Assembly (NCBI GenBank): GCA_051362555.1
Contig: CM120641.1
Location: 37,950,401-38,014,400, forward strand
Origin: Lingula anatina
Taxonomy: Eukaryota; Animalia; Brachiopoda
DNA: 64,000 nt
Direction: 5' to 3'
Part shown: piece by piece, positions 22,873 through 36,400 of the stretch
Layout of the letters: each line of letters begins with the position of its first letter
Numbering within the stretch: position 1 is the first letter of the stretch
Position numbers and translations under genes: made by a program
The notes under the pieces: generated by a model
What the model saw: only the letters and a program-made list of their open reading frames with translations
Told to the model about the DNA's origin: nothing
Databases searched by the model: none

Positions 22873-24211
22873 TTTTGTGTGGATTAAACTGAAAGAAAAC
22901 AAAACTGATACTGTTTACACTGTGTGGAATATGCACTTACGTGGCAGCTAGGACACACAAAATCAAGGCAACAATTTATGCAACAATAAATCAATATCAG
23001 TGATCTCGATTCATTGCATTCACAGACTCAGCCGAGTCAACTCAAAAGCAAAATGAGTGTTTGTTCATTAGATCTAAGAGAAAAGAATTCACTAGAAGCT
23101 GTTCTTTTTTTTTTTTTTTAATTTTGTACCTACTTCCTGCAGCCAGTGCATGATATTATCACATGCACAACCATACCAAACAGAAAACAATCCAATGTAC
23201 TAAATATAACTTAAACAGTGTGCAACATACATTTAGCCACCAGTGTAACCCTGTAGATGTGCCTGGAAACATTGAAAATTGGAATAAAAGTAATCAAACT
23301 CAAGCCTAAAAAAGTGATTATTAATTTCAAATTACTTTACTTATCTGATGAGACCAGTAGCAATTTAAATAGCCATCTTCTTTGGTTTAATCATATTTAT
23401 TTTCTCTACCATTAAATAATCCTACATCTTATATTATAATCTATTAGGATAGTACCATAATATGTATTGGTGCATACTTATTTCACAATTTCCTGGTTAA
23501 ACTAAGTCATATTTGTAAAAGACAAGTGGCTTTCATGATTTTTTTACATTGGCAGAAGGGTGTCAAACACAATCAAAAAGAAAAAAAAATTGTTTTAAAA
23601 AAGCAGGTTCTGATTTAAATACATGAGCATGTACAATGTATGAAATTCAGTGTGAAAAGCTGTATGTACCCGTATTATTGAATATTGTAGTTACAAAAAC
23701 ATTACAAACAGATAATCTAAAACTTGCAACACATTTTTGCAGGTTTACCATTTCTGTACATTAGAATAAATATAGTGTAACTGATCTGTAGGAGCTCTTA
23801 TATTTTAAAAGGACTGGCTATAATGCAATATTGCATTAACTGACAAACAATTAAGAGTCCCATTTTGGTGACAGTGGCCAGAAAAGCAAACCTAGCTAGT
23901 CTTAATTTTGGTACTTGATTCAGAAAAGGTAGTGGTGTTTGTTTACTGTCTTGAATGTTGTTGTTATTCGTTGTCATAGATTCAAAATTTCAAAAAAGTA
24001 ACATTAAGTAATTCATGGTGGCAGTAGTGTTAATGTTATACTCCTCTTCTATGGAGTCAGTAGTTGCGGTACAGTAAAACGAAGTGGCTACTTAAAAACT
24101 CATCACACCTCTTATTAGGCTATAAAAACATCAGGATATCAATGCAAGTATGTCAGAAATAAATAGTGTTTTGTTGTCAAAGACAGTGCAAGAACATATT
24201 TCAAAAATGTC

Positions 24212-24438
24212 ACTTACTTGCAAGAACATAAAATATTTTGGTCAATGCTTCTCTTGCTCCTGCTGGTTGTTATGCATGTTGTCAAGCTCACTGCGCTTGC
24301 GTTAATGGTATTTTCACGCGTGGCATTGCGAGAAGAAGTTGTTTTCAAGATGGCTGCGCCCATAAATTGAAAATTAGGAAAACCCCGGAGTGTTTAATGT
24401 TTCGTTAGTAATGTGGAGCTGGTTTTAAAAGTAAAAGT
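24212..24438. promoter_or_regulatory. Bidirectional promoter for KIF9 (-) and ALS2 (+)
   Basis: Minus-strand donor (ACTTAC 24212-17), CpG cluster with TGCGCTTGCG (NRF1-like) and CACGCGTG, YY1-type CAAGATGGC at about 24346, ALS2 ATG at 24439. Confidence 0.65.
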
Positions 24439-27400
24439 ATGCACGACCCAACCCAAAGGTGAGTGAATCAAGTTCATTTAAATGTCGTTTGTTTAAAAAG
24501 TGTGTTGTCCCTGATTTTTCTCAAATTCTACCTAATTTTTCATCTTGTTTACACTGTGTAGTACTTTTGAAAGCTTTCGGTGTATCCACTTGTTCACGAC
24601 AGTGTGCAGTGTGAATAAGTTTACACTTCTGTAAATGATTTGCAATAAGAATGCATGATAGTATGACATTGTTGTTACCCAGGCAGTATCGTGGACGTGC
24701 ACAATTGTATGTGACGTTGAATTAAAAAGAATATTTCCTTTCATGTTTATATTCTTCCTGGATCAAAATAGCATTGTGTTGCCTATATAGATATATGGTG
24801 TAAGATAATTAATTTCAGGACAGAAACCTGCAAATGATTTCCCATTGACAACCATACTAAGAAATGCCTGCAAAACTGCATGAACAAAATAATTAGCTGG
24901 ATCAAAATACTTTGGTGAAACATGTCCTACGGGGGCGTATCCAGAGATATTTTCCGACTGTCTTCCAAATTATCTTTGTTGATCCATCTTCCATTTTGAC
25001 CATCTTCCGACAAGAAAAACATTAGATGGCTGACAATGTAAACTTGAAAATCTGACCGTCTGCCAGAAGACCCAGGAGACGGCCTAAATCCGCCGCTGTC
25101 CTATCCCCATTGGATAGCAAACACACTGACATAACTCCCAATGGCACCAATAGAAGTGCTTATTTTCTTACCAGCAGAAGTTGAACACGTGGACCCCTCT
25201 TGTTTGTAAACAAACCACTGCATCGCTCATAGTCAGTAGCTCCCTCTGCCAGAAGTCCCACTCTGCATGACACCTGTGCTTGGTCCCAATTAAAAAATGG
25301 GTAGTAGTTTACACCCTTGCTTGCTGTGCTGGTTGACACCAAAATTAACCCTAACAACACACAAGAAATGTCAGGAAAAATATTGGATAAAAATCAGTTA
25401 TTTTTCCCCACAGTGCTACATTTGTCTACAACAGTCCATGATTGGTCTATTTGGTGGTTGCTGCCCCGAATGTCACAAAATGAATGGTTAAGAGTCAAAT
25501 AAGATGGTTTAAAATAAGCATATGAAATGTATTCTACCCAAGGCAGTACTCACTGTAAATGTTAAAAAAAAAACTGAATTCCTAAGTTTGTGTGAAAGGA
25601 AAACTTTGTAAAGCATATAACACAAGCCTAGACAATGAAGTTTCCTATAGGAATTATAAATGTGTTTTTTTATTATAATGTAGATATACTTCTTTAAAAG
25701 GCTTTATAATTTTTATAAAGCTTCATAGGACCATTTTAATCAAGTTTTGATGCCTTCGCCCTCAAAATTGAAATGAGACATCTTCTATAATTTTGCATCA
25801 TTTTATGGAATTGTCAGCAATTAATGAATGAATATTGGTATGGTTTTTCTCAGCCAACTACATCAGTCAATGCAGGTACACTCGACCAGAAAAAGTTTGG
25901 AACATTGTTATTTTGTATAATTATAAAATAACCATATGGGCTAAGGTAAATATTTTGACCAAATATTGATGGATAATGCACCCATCATTCATTATTTTTT
26001 TGAAATTTTGCCAGGAAAGGAATTTTGTATGAATTGCAGTAACATTTTTGAATGTGGGGTCAAATTTCATTTTCACAAATCATGCAAATGGAATGACAAA
26101 GTTTTGAAGTTTGAGCAAATCTTGAGAAGAAACTTTAAAAACTTTTATTTTTAGCATAAATACTGTATACTTACAGTTAAAATTAACTCTTGAGGTTGCT
26201 TGGCATCAGTATTGTGTGAAGATTCCACTGTATATTGTCAAGACTTGCTCAAACTTTTTCATGGATATGCAAATGCAGTGGTCAACAAAGTTTTTTTTTA
26301 TTATCATCATCATTATTATTGTACTAGTACTGCATTTCACATGTCAAGTTGAATTCACCTTCTCATGTCCTTTTGAATTGATATAAGTAACAGTTTCAAG
26401 CTTGGAATTTTTAAAGCAGATACTGATATCCATAGACTAATAAAAATAATAACAACAAGAATTCTCTCCCTCCTAAACAAAACATCAAGTATTTACTAGT
26501 ATGTAGTTGTTTACAGTGCTCAGCCAAAGTCTGCACTGACATGCAGATTTCTACTTTATACATTTGTTAATATGCAGATTCTACTTATCATTGCATCACA
26601 TCTTGGAGTTTAGTTATATACAAAGGTTAAGACAAAGCCATTTTTGTCTTTGAAATGAAACTTGGCATACGTCAAGGCATTCAGTAGTAATTAATGCTTT
26701 TGCATTGTATCATGTGCCAATACAGCCTGGTGTGCATGATGCAGACCTTGGTTACTTTTTAGTGATTTGGAAGGAACCCAGTGCAATCTCTATTCATCTG
26801 CCAATAATTAAGTTGTAAGACAAGTCTTTGTGTAGAGTCAAAAGTGACAGCATGTGTAGGGTTCCAATAAAAGTGAACAACAAACAATCAATGTAGTCTA
26901 GTTCCTTTAAGCATTTATTTAACAGCATTCCCTGAGTTTCTTCAGGAGCTAAAGAATCTGAACTGATATAGTGCATTATAGTTGCTGTCATAAATTTATA
27001 TACATGTGTTGTTTACAATTCAGGTTAACATTGAAGTTGAAAACAAAAATTCTGTTGTATACAGTAACATGATTAATATAACAACATAAATGCCATTAAG
27101 CTAGAATTTCACAAATGGATCTGTATGCAATTCACACTTAAATCTAAATGTTTATACAAAAAAGTTTATATTACCCTATTTACAGTAAATAAAAACATTT
27201 TGGCAAGTAATTATCTCAGTCACTATACTGAACAGCTTGGTATACTATTAATCTAATCTTGTTGTATGTGTGGCATAAAGATAGATACGGTAATCAACTT
27301 TTGCACCTAAGGTTTGGTGAAGTAGCTGTTTGTTTTGATAATGTGATTGAAAACTGGACTACTAACTTTAGACCTATTTGCTGACCTGAAGGTTACATTT

Positions 27401-30400
27401 TGGTAGTCCTGAAGATGGTTTTTATTTTGCATGATACATAACTATGATATCTTCTGAGTGTTTTTCTTTTATAGAAATTACAGATAATGTCGCTATATAT
27501 CTACAGGAACAGCCACCTAGGAAATGCTGGTTTAATGGATGTGGGAACATCTTAGGCTCCAATCGCCTAATTCTTAGACTTTTTGTATGATGATTTAGAC
27601 TTGGGACACAATTTTACATAAGTGCTCTTGTATTATTCAATTGAATGTCTATCTTGCTGGAGACTGCTTTAATTTGGATCCACAGAAAAACAAATAGGTA
27701 TTTCATTTATGTTCATTGGTTATCATTAAATATTCTTGATAAACGTCTAATGCTTGTCTTTTTATTTTTTAAAAAGTGATGATTTATATTTTGTGCGGAC
27801 TTTATTTCTGCTGTGGTTTGAAATCAGATCCTCATCTCTTCTTGGGCGTGGCATAGAGAAGCTGCTGTAGTCATAGCTCACAGAGCCCTGGCTAGGCCTG
27901 GGAAGTGAGTTACTTCTGTGTTGGTATGAAGATGATGAGGATGGAGTAAGACTTGGCCTTGGCAGAGAGTTAAAAAGTCCATCGTGATGATTGTTTGCAT
28001 TGTGGAAAGTGAGAGAAGGTCTACGGAAAAAGGTCTGAGACACTGTGCTGCTGCTTGATGCTGAATCTCTTCTTGTTGCCTCAGGAGCAATTTGTAGGGG
28101 AACCTTGGCAGACCATTGTCCTCCAGAGCCAGCAAAGTCTACGCGTGCCTTGAGGGTGTAAGTCACAGTTATCAGTTTACAGCCAGGAAGGTGAGATGGC
28201 AGCAGATTTCGAGGCAATTCAAGTGCAAATTCGTATCTACTTATATGTACACCTGCTGCAGTCATAACCTCACTGTCTCGACGATGGCGAGTAAGAAGGT
28301 TCTCTTCAATTCCAGCTATATCAGCCACAAATGTTCTCATGGGGTTGACTGTGGTCACTTTTTGCTCTAAGTCTATTTTTCCTCTGACAGGTGGTTTATT
28401 TGTTTTAGCATTGATCTCAATGTGTAGAATGATGCTGTCTCCAACGGAATATGCACTGCGATGCAATTGCAACTTCACTACACCATCATTGCTCTTCAAT
28501 GGCTTCAGTATGCTGGAAGTTAAAACATCTACATGCTGAATAGGTGTGAAGGCCCCAGGCAGGTCAGTTATACTAAATGGCCGCTGGATTACAAAAGGGT
28601 GGGAATCCTCCTGCAGGATACGGACTTGTTGACGCAAAAAGCGCTTCCCTTTTGTAACTTTAGTCATAGCATAATCACATATTCTGGCCTCTACTGCATA
28701 CCCAATGTGGAAACTAAACTTGTCCAAGGGTGCCACATAATCTGTTGAAGATGGTATGTCTGTTGGCAGATGATACTGGAACGCAGTGGCATACCTGCCT
28801 GGGTGGAGCACAGTTATCACAGAGTTGTCTGGCGAACCAGCCATAAATGTCCTCTTGAAGACATAATTCTCTAGTCTGGCCGAGGAATGTCCCCAGGAAA
28901 TAACACCCTCTCCTTTGACAACCACCTCAATGAATTGCAGATCCAGTGGGTTTTTCACATGCAAAATGATTTGCCCTTTGACGTAATCACCTGGGGCGTA
29001 GACAGAATCGGGATTGTCTGAGTCAAACAAAATAACTTGGAATTTGGTGATAGTCTGCTCGAGGAAGGAGGGGGCTTTTGAAGTTTTGGTGATGACAGAG
29101 ACGCCTCCTCCCTGTGTCTGGGGTTGGTCTGAGTGGTTGTGAGCCACAGTGTGAACCACCTTGTTCCCCGGGACATGGTGAATACTTGACTTCATGGTGC
29201 TAGGGTAGCCTCGGTGTTAAAAGAATAAGATAGCTGAAAATAGATATATTAAGATGGATGAAAAGTTTGCCACTGATTTGCAGCAAAGTATCGAGATTTT
29301 CCATGTTGAGTCAAAACTGACATTTAAATTTACCAAATGTTGAAAGCACTGAAATTGGAGCTTTACTTATTACAGTTTGAATGATTGGAAATATTTACTT
29401 GAATTTATTTATTTTGATATACATGAGCTATAGCTAAGATTGACATTCATGAAAAAGTTTATCTTTATGGAAATAAATAATTGTAAAGCTGTTACTATTG
29501 AAAAACCTGCACATGAATACAAAATAAGGCCACTGTATGATTAACAAGCAGTTGTGAAAAAAAAAAATGAAAAATGCTCTCTTGCAACACTTTGGTTGTG
29601 GAATAAAATATTTATGAAAAAGGTCAGTTGTTTTAACTCTAGTTATGATAAAGGTAAATGAAATTGAGATAAATTTGATAAATTTTACTACTTACTTGGG
29701 TTTCTCATCGTCAAACACGTCCTCTCCAAACGATTTCGCCCGTAGAACTGATGATTAGTATGTTGTTGGTCTGTGTCACGCAGCTTCCTGTCAGTTACGG
29801 CCTTGCAGCATTGCCAAGGCGGCATGACATCAGTACCCAGTTTGTACCACCGCCTTGAGGGAGAGATATGGAAATGCATATGGTCTGGAGACACAAACTA
29901 CTAGTTGATTAGAAATGGAAATGTTTCATTACAGTAAATCCACATTTTTGCATATAACTGCATTTGGGCAGTTTCACATGTTATGTTTGCAACAAGGCAG
30001 GCTAAATTTTCACAAGTGTTGATTTGTGAAGTGTGTATTTGAGCTGTCATGCTTGATGAACTTTCTTACAGGCTATAGATGCAACTTATAAACTGAGTGG
30101 GGAAACTCTGAGATTTTTTTTTGCTTAGAAGGTTAAGATGTTATGATTCATGAAGAATAACCATACGTGTGCTTGTATCTAAGGGATTGGTATACTTTGA
30201 TTGCAAAATTTTGAGTAAACAAGATGTATTGTTATGATGAATTAGTTCTCCTTAATTACTTTAGTTTGTACTTCATTTATGACATCATTAGCATCTCTTG
30301 CTGGTAACAATTTCTTTTTAAGATTATAAAAGAGCACTGAGAATGCATACAAAAGGTGCAGCATGATATTATAATACTGAAGCATTAATATGCAACCTCT

Positions 30401-33400
30401 TAATTTTCTTTCTAAGTTATGTACAAATATTCTATACAAGAACAAAACAACAGGATTGCCCTAAACCATTCACTATAAGTACAGAATTAGCAGCTAGGTC
30501 TCATTATATACCCTCCTGTTAAATAGCACACTGATTTCTGTCATTCCAGTGAAGAAAAGAACGAGGGTCAGGTGGCCATCTGGCATGGCTATCCCACAGG
30601 TGACCTCCTGGTGTCACCTGGCCCTCTGCTGTCGAGGACTGTCCACAGTGTGGCAGTGGGGGACAAGCACATCATCTTCTTGACCACTGGTCACAAGGTG
30701 TACAGCCAGGGAGACAATAGTTTTGGTCAGCTTGGCATTGGGACTATAGGTACATTACAGAGCGTATTCAGAACAGCCGACTAACAGATCCAAGAATCAA
30801 ATACAGTCGACCTACTTGAATGCTTATTGCGTAATCCACGCAGGGTGTTCATTGTCTTATTGAGAATTAGGTATTAAACTTTTTAGTGGGTCACAATATT
30901 TGATATTTGGATCTGTTAGTCCACTGTTCTCAATGCATTCATATATTGCGCTAAAATATGGTTTGAAATTAAACAGCATTGGGAATAAGGAGCTATCTAT
31001 AGATACCTTACATCATTTGACTTTGAAATGAAATGGCTGATGAAATATTATTTATAAGCCCTCGTACTGTAAAATAAATGCATTTGTTACAGGCACTTAA
31101 GGTCTCGTCTGCCATTGAAATTGGGTGTTACCATTTCTGTAATTCTATCTAGGGTGTGCTGATGATCAACTATTTTGCAATTTCAGGTGGTGAATGCAAA
31201 GAGACATCCCTGATCAAAACATTTGAGGGTATGTGTCGGTGTGTTTTATGATGTGCTATATTGGCTTAATTAACAGTTGTTAGAATGCATTGAATGTATT
31301 CAGGCATAATGTTTTGCTTAGCACATATTTTGCCTTTGGCAGGTGGTATGTGTAATTGTTCTAGATTTTTTTATGGTTTGATTGAAGTATTTAAGAGTGA
31401 CGTAGTCCTCAATATATATGGTAATTTGTCTAATGATTTTTTAGTACTTTTACCAGTTGCATATAAGCCTCCCACATGTTCCTTGTTGTCATTTCAGGAC
31501 ACGATGTCTGCTATATTTCATGTGGGAGTAACCACTCTGGTGCAGTGACTGGGGATGGGCATGTGTTTTGTTGGGGAACTTCCAAAAGTGGGCAGTGTGG
31601 AAGTGGTCAAGCAACAGCTGTTCCTCTGCCAACTAAAGTTGAAATTAAAGAGCCAGGAGGGATCTGCGTTCATGGGATCCAGGGCCAGAACCGTGAGGTG
31701 TGCATGCTTCAGGTGGCATGTGGAGACACACATACCTTGGCGCTATCAAATAGTGGGGAAATCTGGGTGTGGGGCGCTGGCTGTCAGCTGGGGTTGAACA
31801 CTGAGAAAGAATGTCTGGTTCCTCAAAGACTCGACTTTTTGCATGATAGATTTGTGATTCAGGTGTCTGCTGGTGCCGAACACAGTGTGGCTCTAATCAA
31901 GAAGTCATCTGATAAGAAGACAAAAATAGTGTCAAATGCCCCTGAGACTCCACTTGTGAAACCCGTAGTGCATCCCATTACTCCCTCCACATGCCCCATG
32001 TGTGAAAAAGAAATATATAGCATGAAAGAAGAAGGGGATACTTGTATTATAAGTGATGATCACAAGTGCCCCTTGGGTCTAGCACTTGATTCAGAAAAAG
32101 CTGACCGGGTTTCTGAGAGTGGTAGCGAACCTCCCAAAAGACTTGAGAACGAATTCATGGACTCAGTTTGGGTTCTCAGAAACGGTGATAAGGCTCCCTC
32201 TACTAGTCCTTCAACTGCAATTGCTACTGCTGTTAGTTATACCGAGACTGTTCCTAGCAATAAAGAAGCAACATGTGACACCAAAGTAGTTTGGGAAGTA
32301 CAGAACTATGAAGAAAATGCCTCACCTAAGGCTCAGGAAAAACAAAATACAACCACTACACAGGATAGTGCTGCTGACAATCATCAAGAAGAGGATCAGG
32401 GAAGTACAAAGGTGATAAGTGCATCAGAAAAAACTGAAGCATTTACGCAAAGTGTTGCACTGGAACAAGAAAAAAATAGTTCATCTCCAACAATACCTGA
32501 TACCACTGCTGAGTCTGAAAGTGGAAAACAAGATGTAGAGATGGTTCGAAGGAGAAGTGGTGCATTTATTGATGAGCAATTCTCACCATCGGGTTCTAGC
32601 ATACCTAAACAATCATTATTTCCACATGCGATGGATAAAGAGACTGATGATGTCTTCTGTGAAACCCCTGAGAGAGAGGTCCATAGGTCGCGAAGTTCGT
32701 TTTTAGGTGATGTCAATGGTGCAAGGCAATACTTATCAAGAACATTATCATTAGAACAAAGTTTGTCAGATGCTGATTCACCTTTGAAAAAAGATGTTGA
32801 ACCTTCTCCAGAGAAAGGAAATGCCTTAAAAAGCCAAAGAAAGAGTGTCAGCACAACAATTGCAAATTTTGCTTTTGTTTCACATTTTAACATTGAGTTA
32901 GAGGATAGTTTTGAGGCCGGCGGAAGCACAGATTCTTTGCAAAATTCCTTCGAAGATCAAAGCAATAGATCCAGCAGTAGATCATCTACTAGTAATGAGG
33001 GTTCTCCTTTGTCAGGGGCAAAGTTGGTTCGCAGGGCTTCTGATTTTATTGGAACGTCACAGTCATGGACTGCAGCCGAATATAAGAATCAACGAGGAAT
33101 GCGACACTCTTTATCCTTAGACTTCAAGAAATCAGGAGAGGAATTTACTAGATGGAAGAAGCTTTCACAACCAGTATGGGAGGCAAGAAAGAGACAAAAC
33201 AGTGAGTATTCTCCCAATGTATAGTCATAAATGTGTAAAGGATAACCTCATGGCCTCAAGAAAAAAATCTTTACCTGAAGCAAATACAAGCGTCATGGGA
33301 AATGAGCTTGGGATTTCATCTAGGTTTCTTATAGTGATGTGAAAATTCACAAACCTGAAAATGTTGAAGAGTGTCATTTTTATGAAGGAGAAAATAGTCT

Positions 33401-36400
33401 TGAACAGTTTTAAATTATGTATACTAGTGTGTGTGTATGTATGCATGTGTGCACGTGTAAGTGTATGGGCATTGAGCTGGAGTTATAAATAAAAAGCAAG
33501 ATTAATTGGATTGTAAAGCATAAAATTATATATATAGCTGAAAGAAATTGATAGTCCAAGACATATTATTGCCCGTTTGTCATCCTAATGGTTACCTTCT
33601 AGAGATGACATACCTGCATCTAGGCACAAGTCATTTTTCTGTATATGATGATTAAAGTACAAGACAGCCCACAACCCATCTGTTTTAGTTATAGTTATCC
33701 TGAAGCTATGAAAATGACAGTAATAGCTTGCCTTAAATTTTTTAACATATGAAATTATAAATTATGGCATATTTTATACCAATGAATGAACTCTTAGGGA
33801 CATACTGTTGCTTATAGTTAGTAAAACAAAAGTTAATCAATTTTAAATGATATGATGTGTTTTTAGTCTGAGGAATTTTTTTTGAAAAACATTTCTATAA
33901 TGTAAAATGGGATATGATTAATTGATCTCTAAATTGACCGTTGAACACCATGGGCCTTAATACCAGATTGTAATGCCTCTCACCGAGTTGGTGACTTCAA
34001 AATTTTGGTCTTAGTCATCCTCCCACACATTTAGGTTGGGCAGTTGAAAGACTTATGCCTAAAGCATTTTTGATACTAAAATACTAGTTTGATCCTTTTT
34101 TTTTAGATCCACACCTTTAATTAATTCTAAAATAACATTGCTGCAGTACATACAATATATAGCTAGTTGAAATACTAGTCTTATATTGTGATCAATAACA
34201 GACCTTTTATACCTTTGTCTAATTTTGTTTCATCACTGAATATTATCTCCTGCATAGAACATGCAGTGGAATGGTTTATAATAATTATAAATATGGCTTA
34301 GTTTTGGTGTTAAAATGGTGTTAATTTTACCACTAAAAATTGTCAATAGGACAAGTGATATAATAATCATGCTTAAAACATTTTGGGTGTGCTTTTGGTG
34401 GACATATATTGATATTCTCACAATTCATTCTAGCTGAAGTCTATTTGGAGACAGAGGTGTGGACTTGGGGCAGGGGAAAGAAAGGACAACTGGGACATGG
34501 AGACATGTTGAATAGGTATTTTATATGATGGTGCAGTTAATGGTTTAACCAGACAAATTGATGGGAACAGATTTTGTATTTTAATACTACTAAACTACTA
34601 CATACAATTAAATGGCAAATGATCAATATGTAGACTGCATGGTATTAAAATAACTTGTCTGGCATGTATCAAAGTCAGTATAAATGGTATGCACCAATTA
34701 TTTAGCAAAATACTATTAGAAAAGAGAACAATCATGATATTCCTGTTTCAGAAACCAGCCATGCTGTATCAAATCCCTGAGTACCAAGAAAGTGATGAAA
34801 GTGAGTGCCGGCAGCTATCACACCCTGGCAGTGCTAAGTACAGGACAGGTGCTTTCCTGGGGGTCCAACTCTCATGGTCAGCTGGGGAGGACAGAAAATG
34901 AATACAGTCCAGGCAAAGTCAAGGTCTGTGCTTTTTATCGTGAGTTGAAAGGGTAAAATCAGAAATGGTAGCCACAGTATGGTATTTTGATAAAAAATAC
35001 TTTGGTACTACTAACACAAAGATATTGCTGTGTATGAAGTAAATGTAAAGATACACAGTATAACTTATTTGATAAACATAGTTTTTCACGATTTAAGTTA
35101 GAAGTTTTGAAATATGTCAAATGTAGCATTTTGATATAAGTAAGACCTTTTGCTTTTTTGCAAATTTGGCAACCACAATATAATGAGAAAAGTTTGAAAA
35201 TGGGATAGACACTTTCCACTGGATCCACGCATTTACTTATTATTTATTTTTATTTTAATTAATTTTTTTTTTGTCAAATAATTTAGGTTTTGTCCAAAGT
35301 TCATTTGTGGGATGGTGCTAGTGGCAGAGAGCATTCCTTATTTCTTGCTGACTGTTTAGGAGGAGGGCCACCAGAGGTTTACTACAGTGGGAGGAGGCCA
35401 GAGTAAATATCATTCTTAATCACTGATTGCAAGAAATGCCTGAAAATGAATTATGTATTGAAACCAACTTTTCTTAAATTCTCGTATTGACATTGAATTT
35501 CATCCAGATTTTTAAAAGTATTTATCAGTGGTAAACATTCAAACGCGACCATTGTATATCGTCAGGTTTTGATATAAACTTGCTATGTTCACTTCCAATT
35601 CATACCTCCATCAGTATACATTATACATTAAGCAAGTTACATCTTATTCAGTCAGACTGTATAATAATTTGTACTTTTTACCTGAAAGTGTCCAGGAGAG
35701 CTCCACCATGGTGGCACAGCCTATCAAACTCAATGTTGTAAGAAAGGTTAGACAAGTTAAAATTAAAATTAAATCATTTTGTGATACTTTCTAAAAACTT
35801 CTGCAGCAATTAGACACAGCTTCTATTGATCTGTTTAGTTAAGAAAATAAGTTTGAATTAAAAAGAATGATGATTTCCATATCAAAAACAACCCAGACAG
35901 CCTCAATAATCTGGCCCACGTCTGGCCCAGATCTGGCAATGTCTGGCAATATCTGGGCCAGATTTTGCCAGACACTTGCCAGATCTGGGCCAAGTCTGGC
36001 AAAGTCTGGCATTTATGCCACATTTTGCCAGACACTTGCCAGATCTGGGCCAAGTCTGGCAAAGTCTGGCATTTACGCCACATTTTGCCAGATGCTGCCC
36101 AGACTTGGGCCAGATATGGTACTTTCATTTTCAATTTTTATTTTCTATTTATTTATTTTTTATTGACCAGTGAGCTGAATGCATTGAACTGACGTCATTT
36201 GATAAATTTTGATTTAATTTATCTCTCTCTTTTTTCTTCAAAGTCCCCTCATAAGTGTGCTATTTGTTTAATTTGACTTGACATTTGAATGAATTCACTG
36301 ATCTAAAACTTTTTTGGACTACTCGTTCCGCTGTTGTAAGATTCCGCTTTTTATGCTAAGCCGGTCAAGGACCCGGATGTAGCGTTTCTTAGAGTTATGG

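Noticed and set aside
25877-26300. Tc1/mariner-like terminus TACACTCGACCAGAAAAAGTTT
   Set aside because: No convincing inverted partner or TSD found.
32396-32929. 177-aa antisense ORF; likewise 7484-7732 and 18781-19092
   Set aside because: Shadow ORFs opposite real exons of ALS2, SOCS7-like and KIF9.
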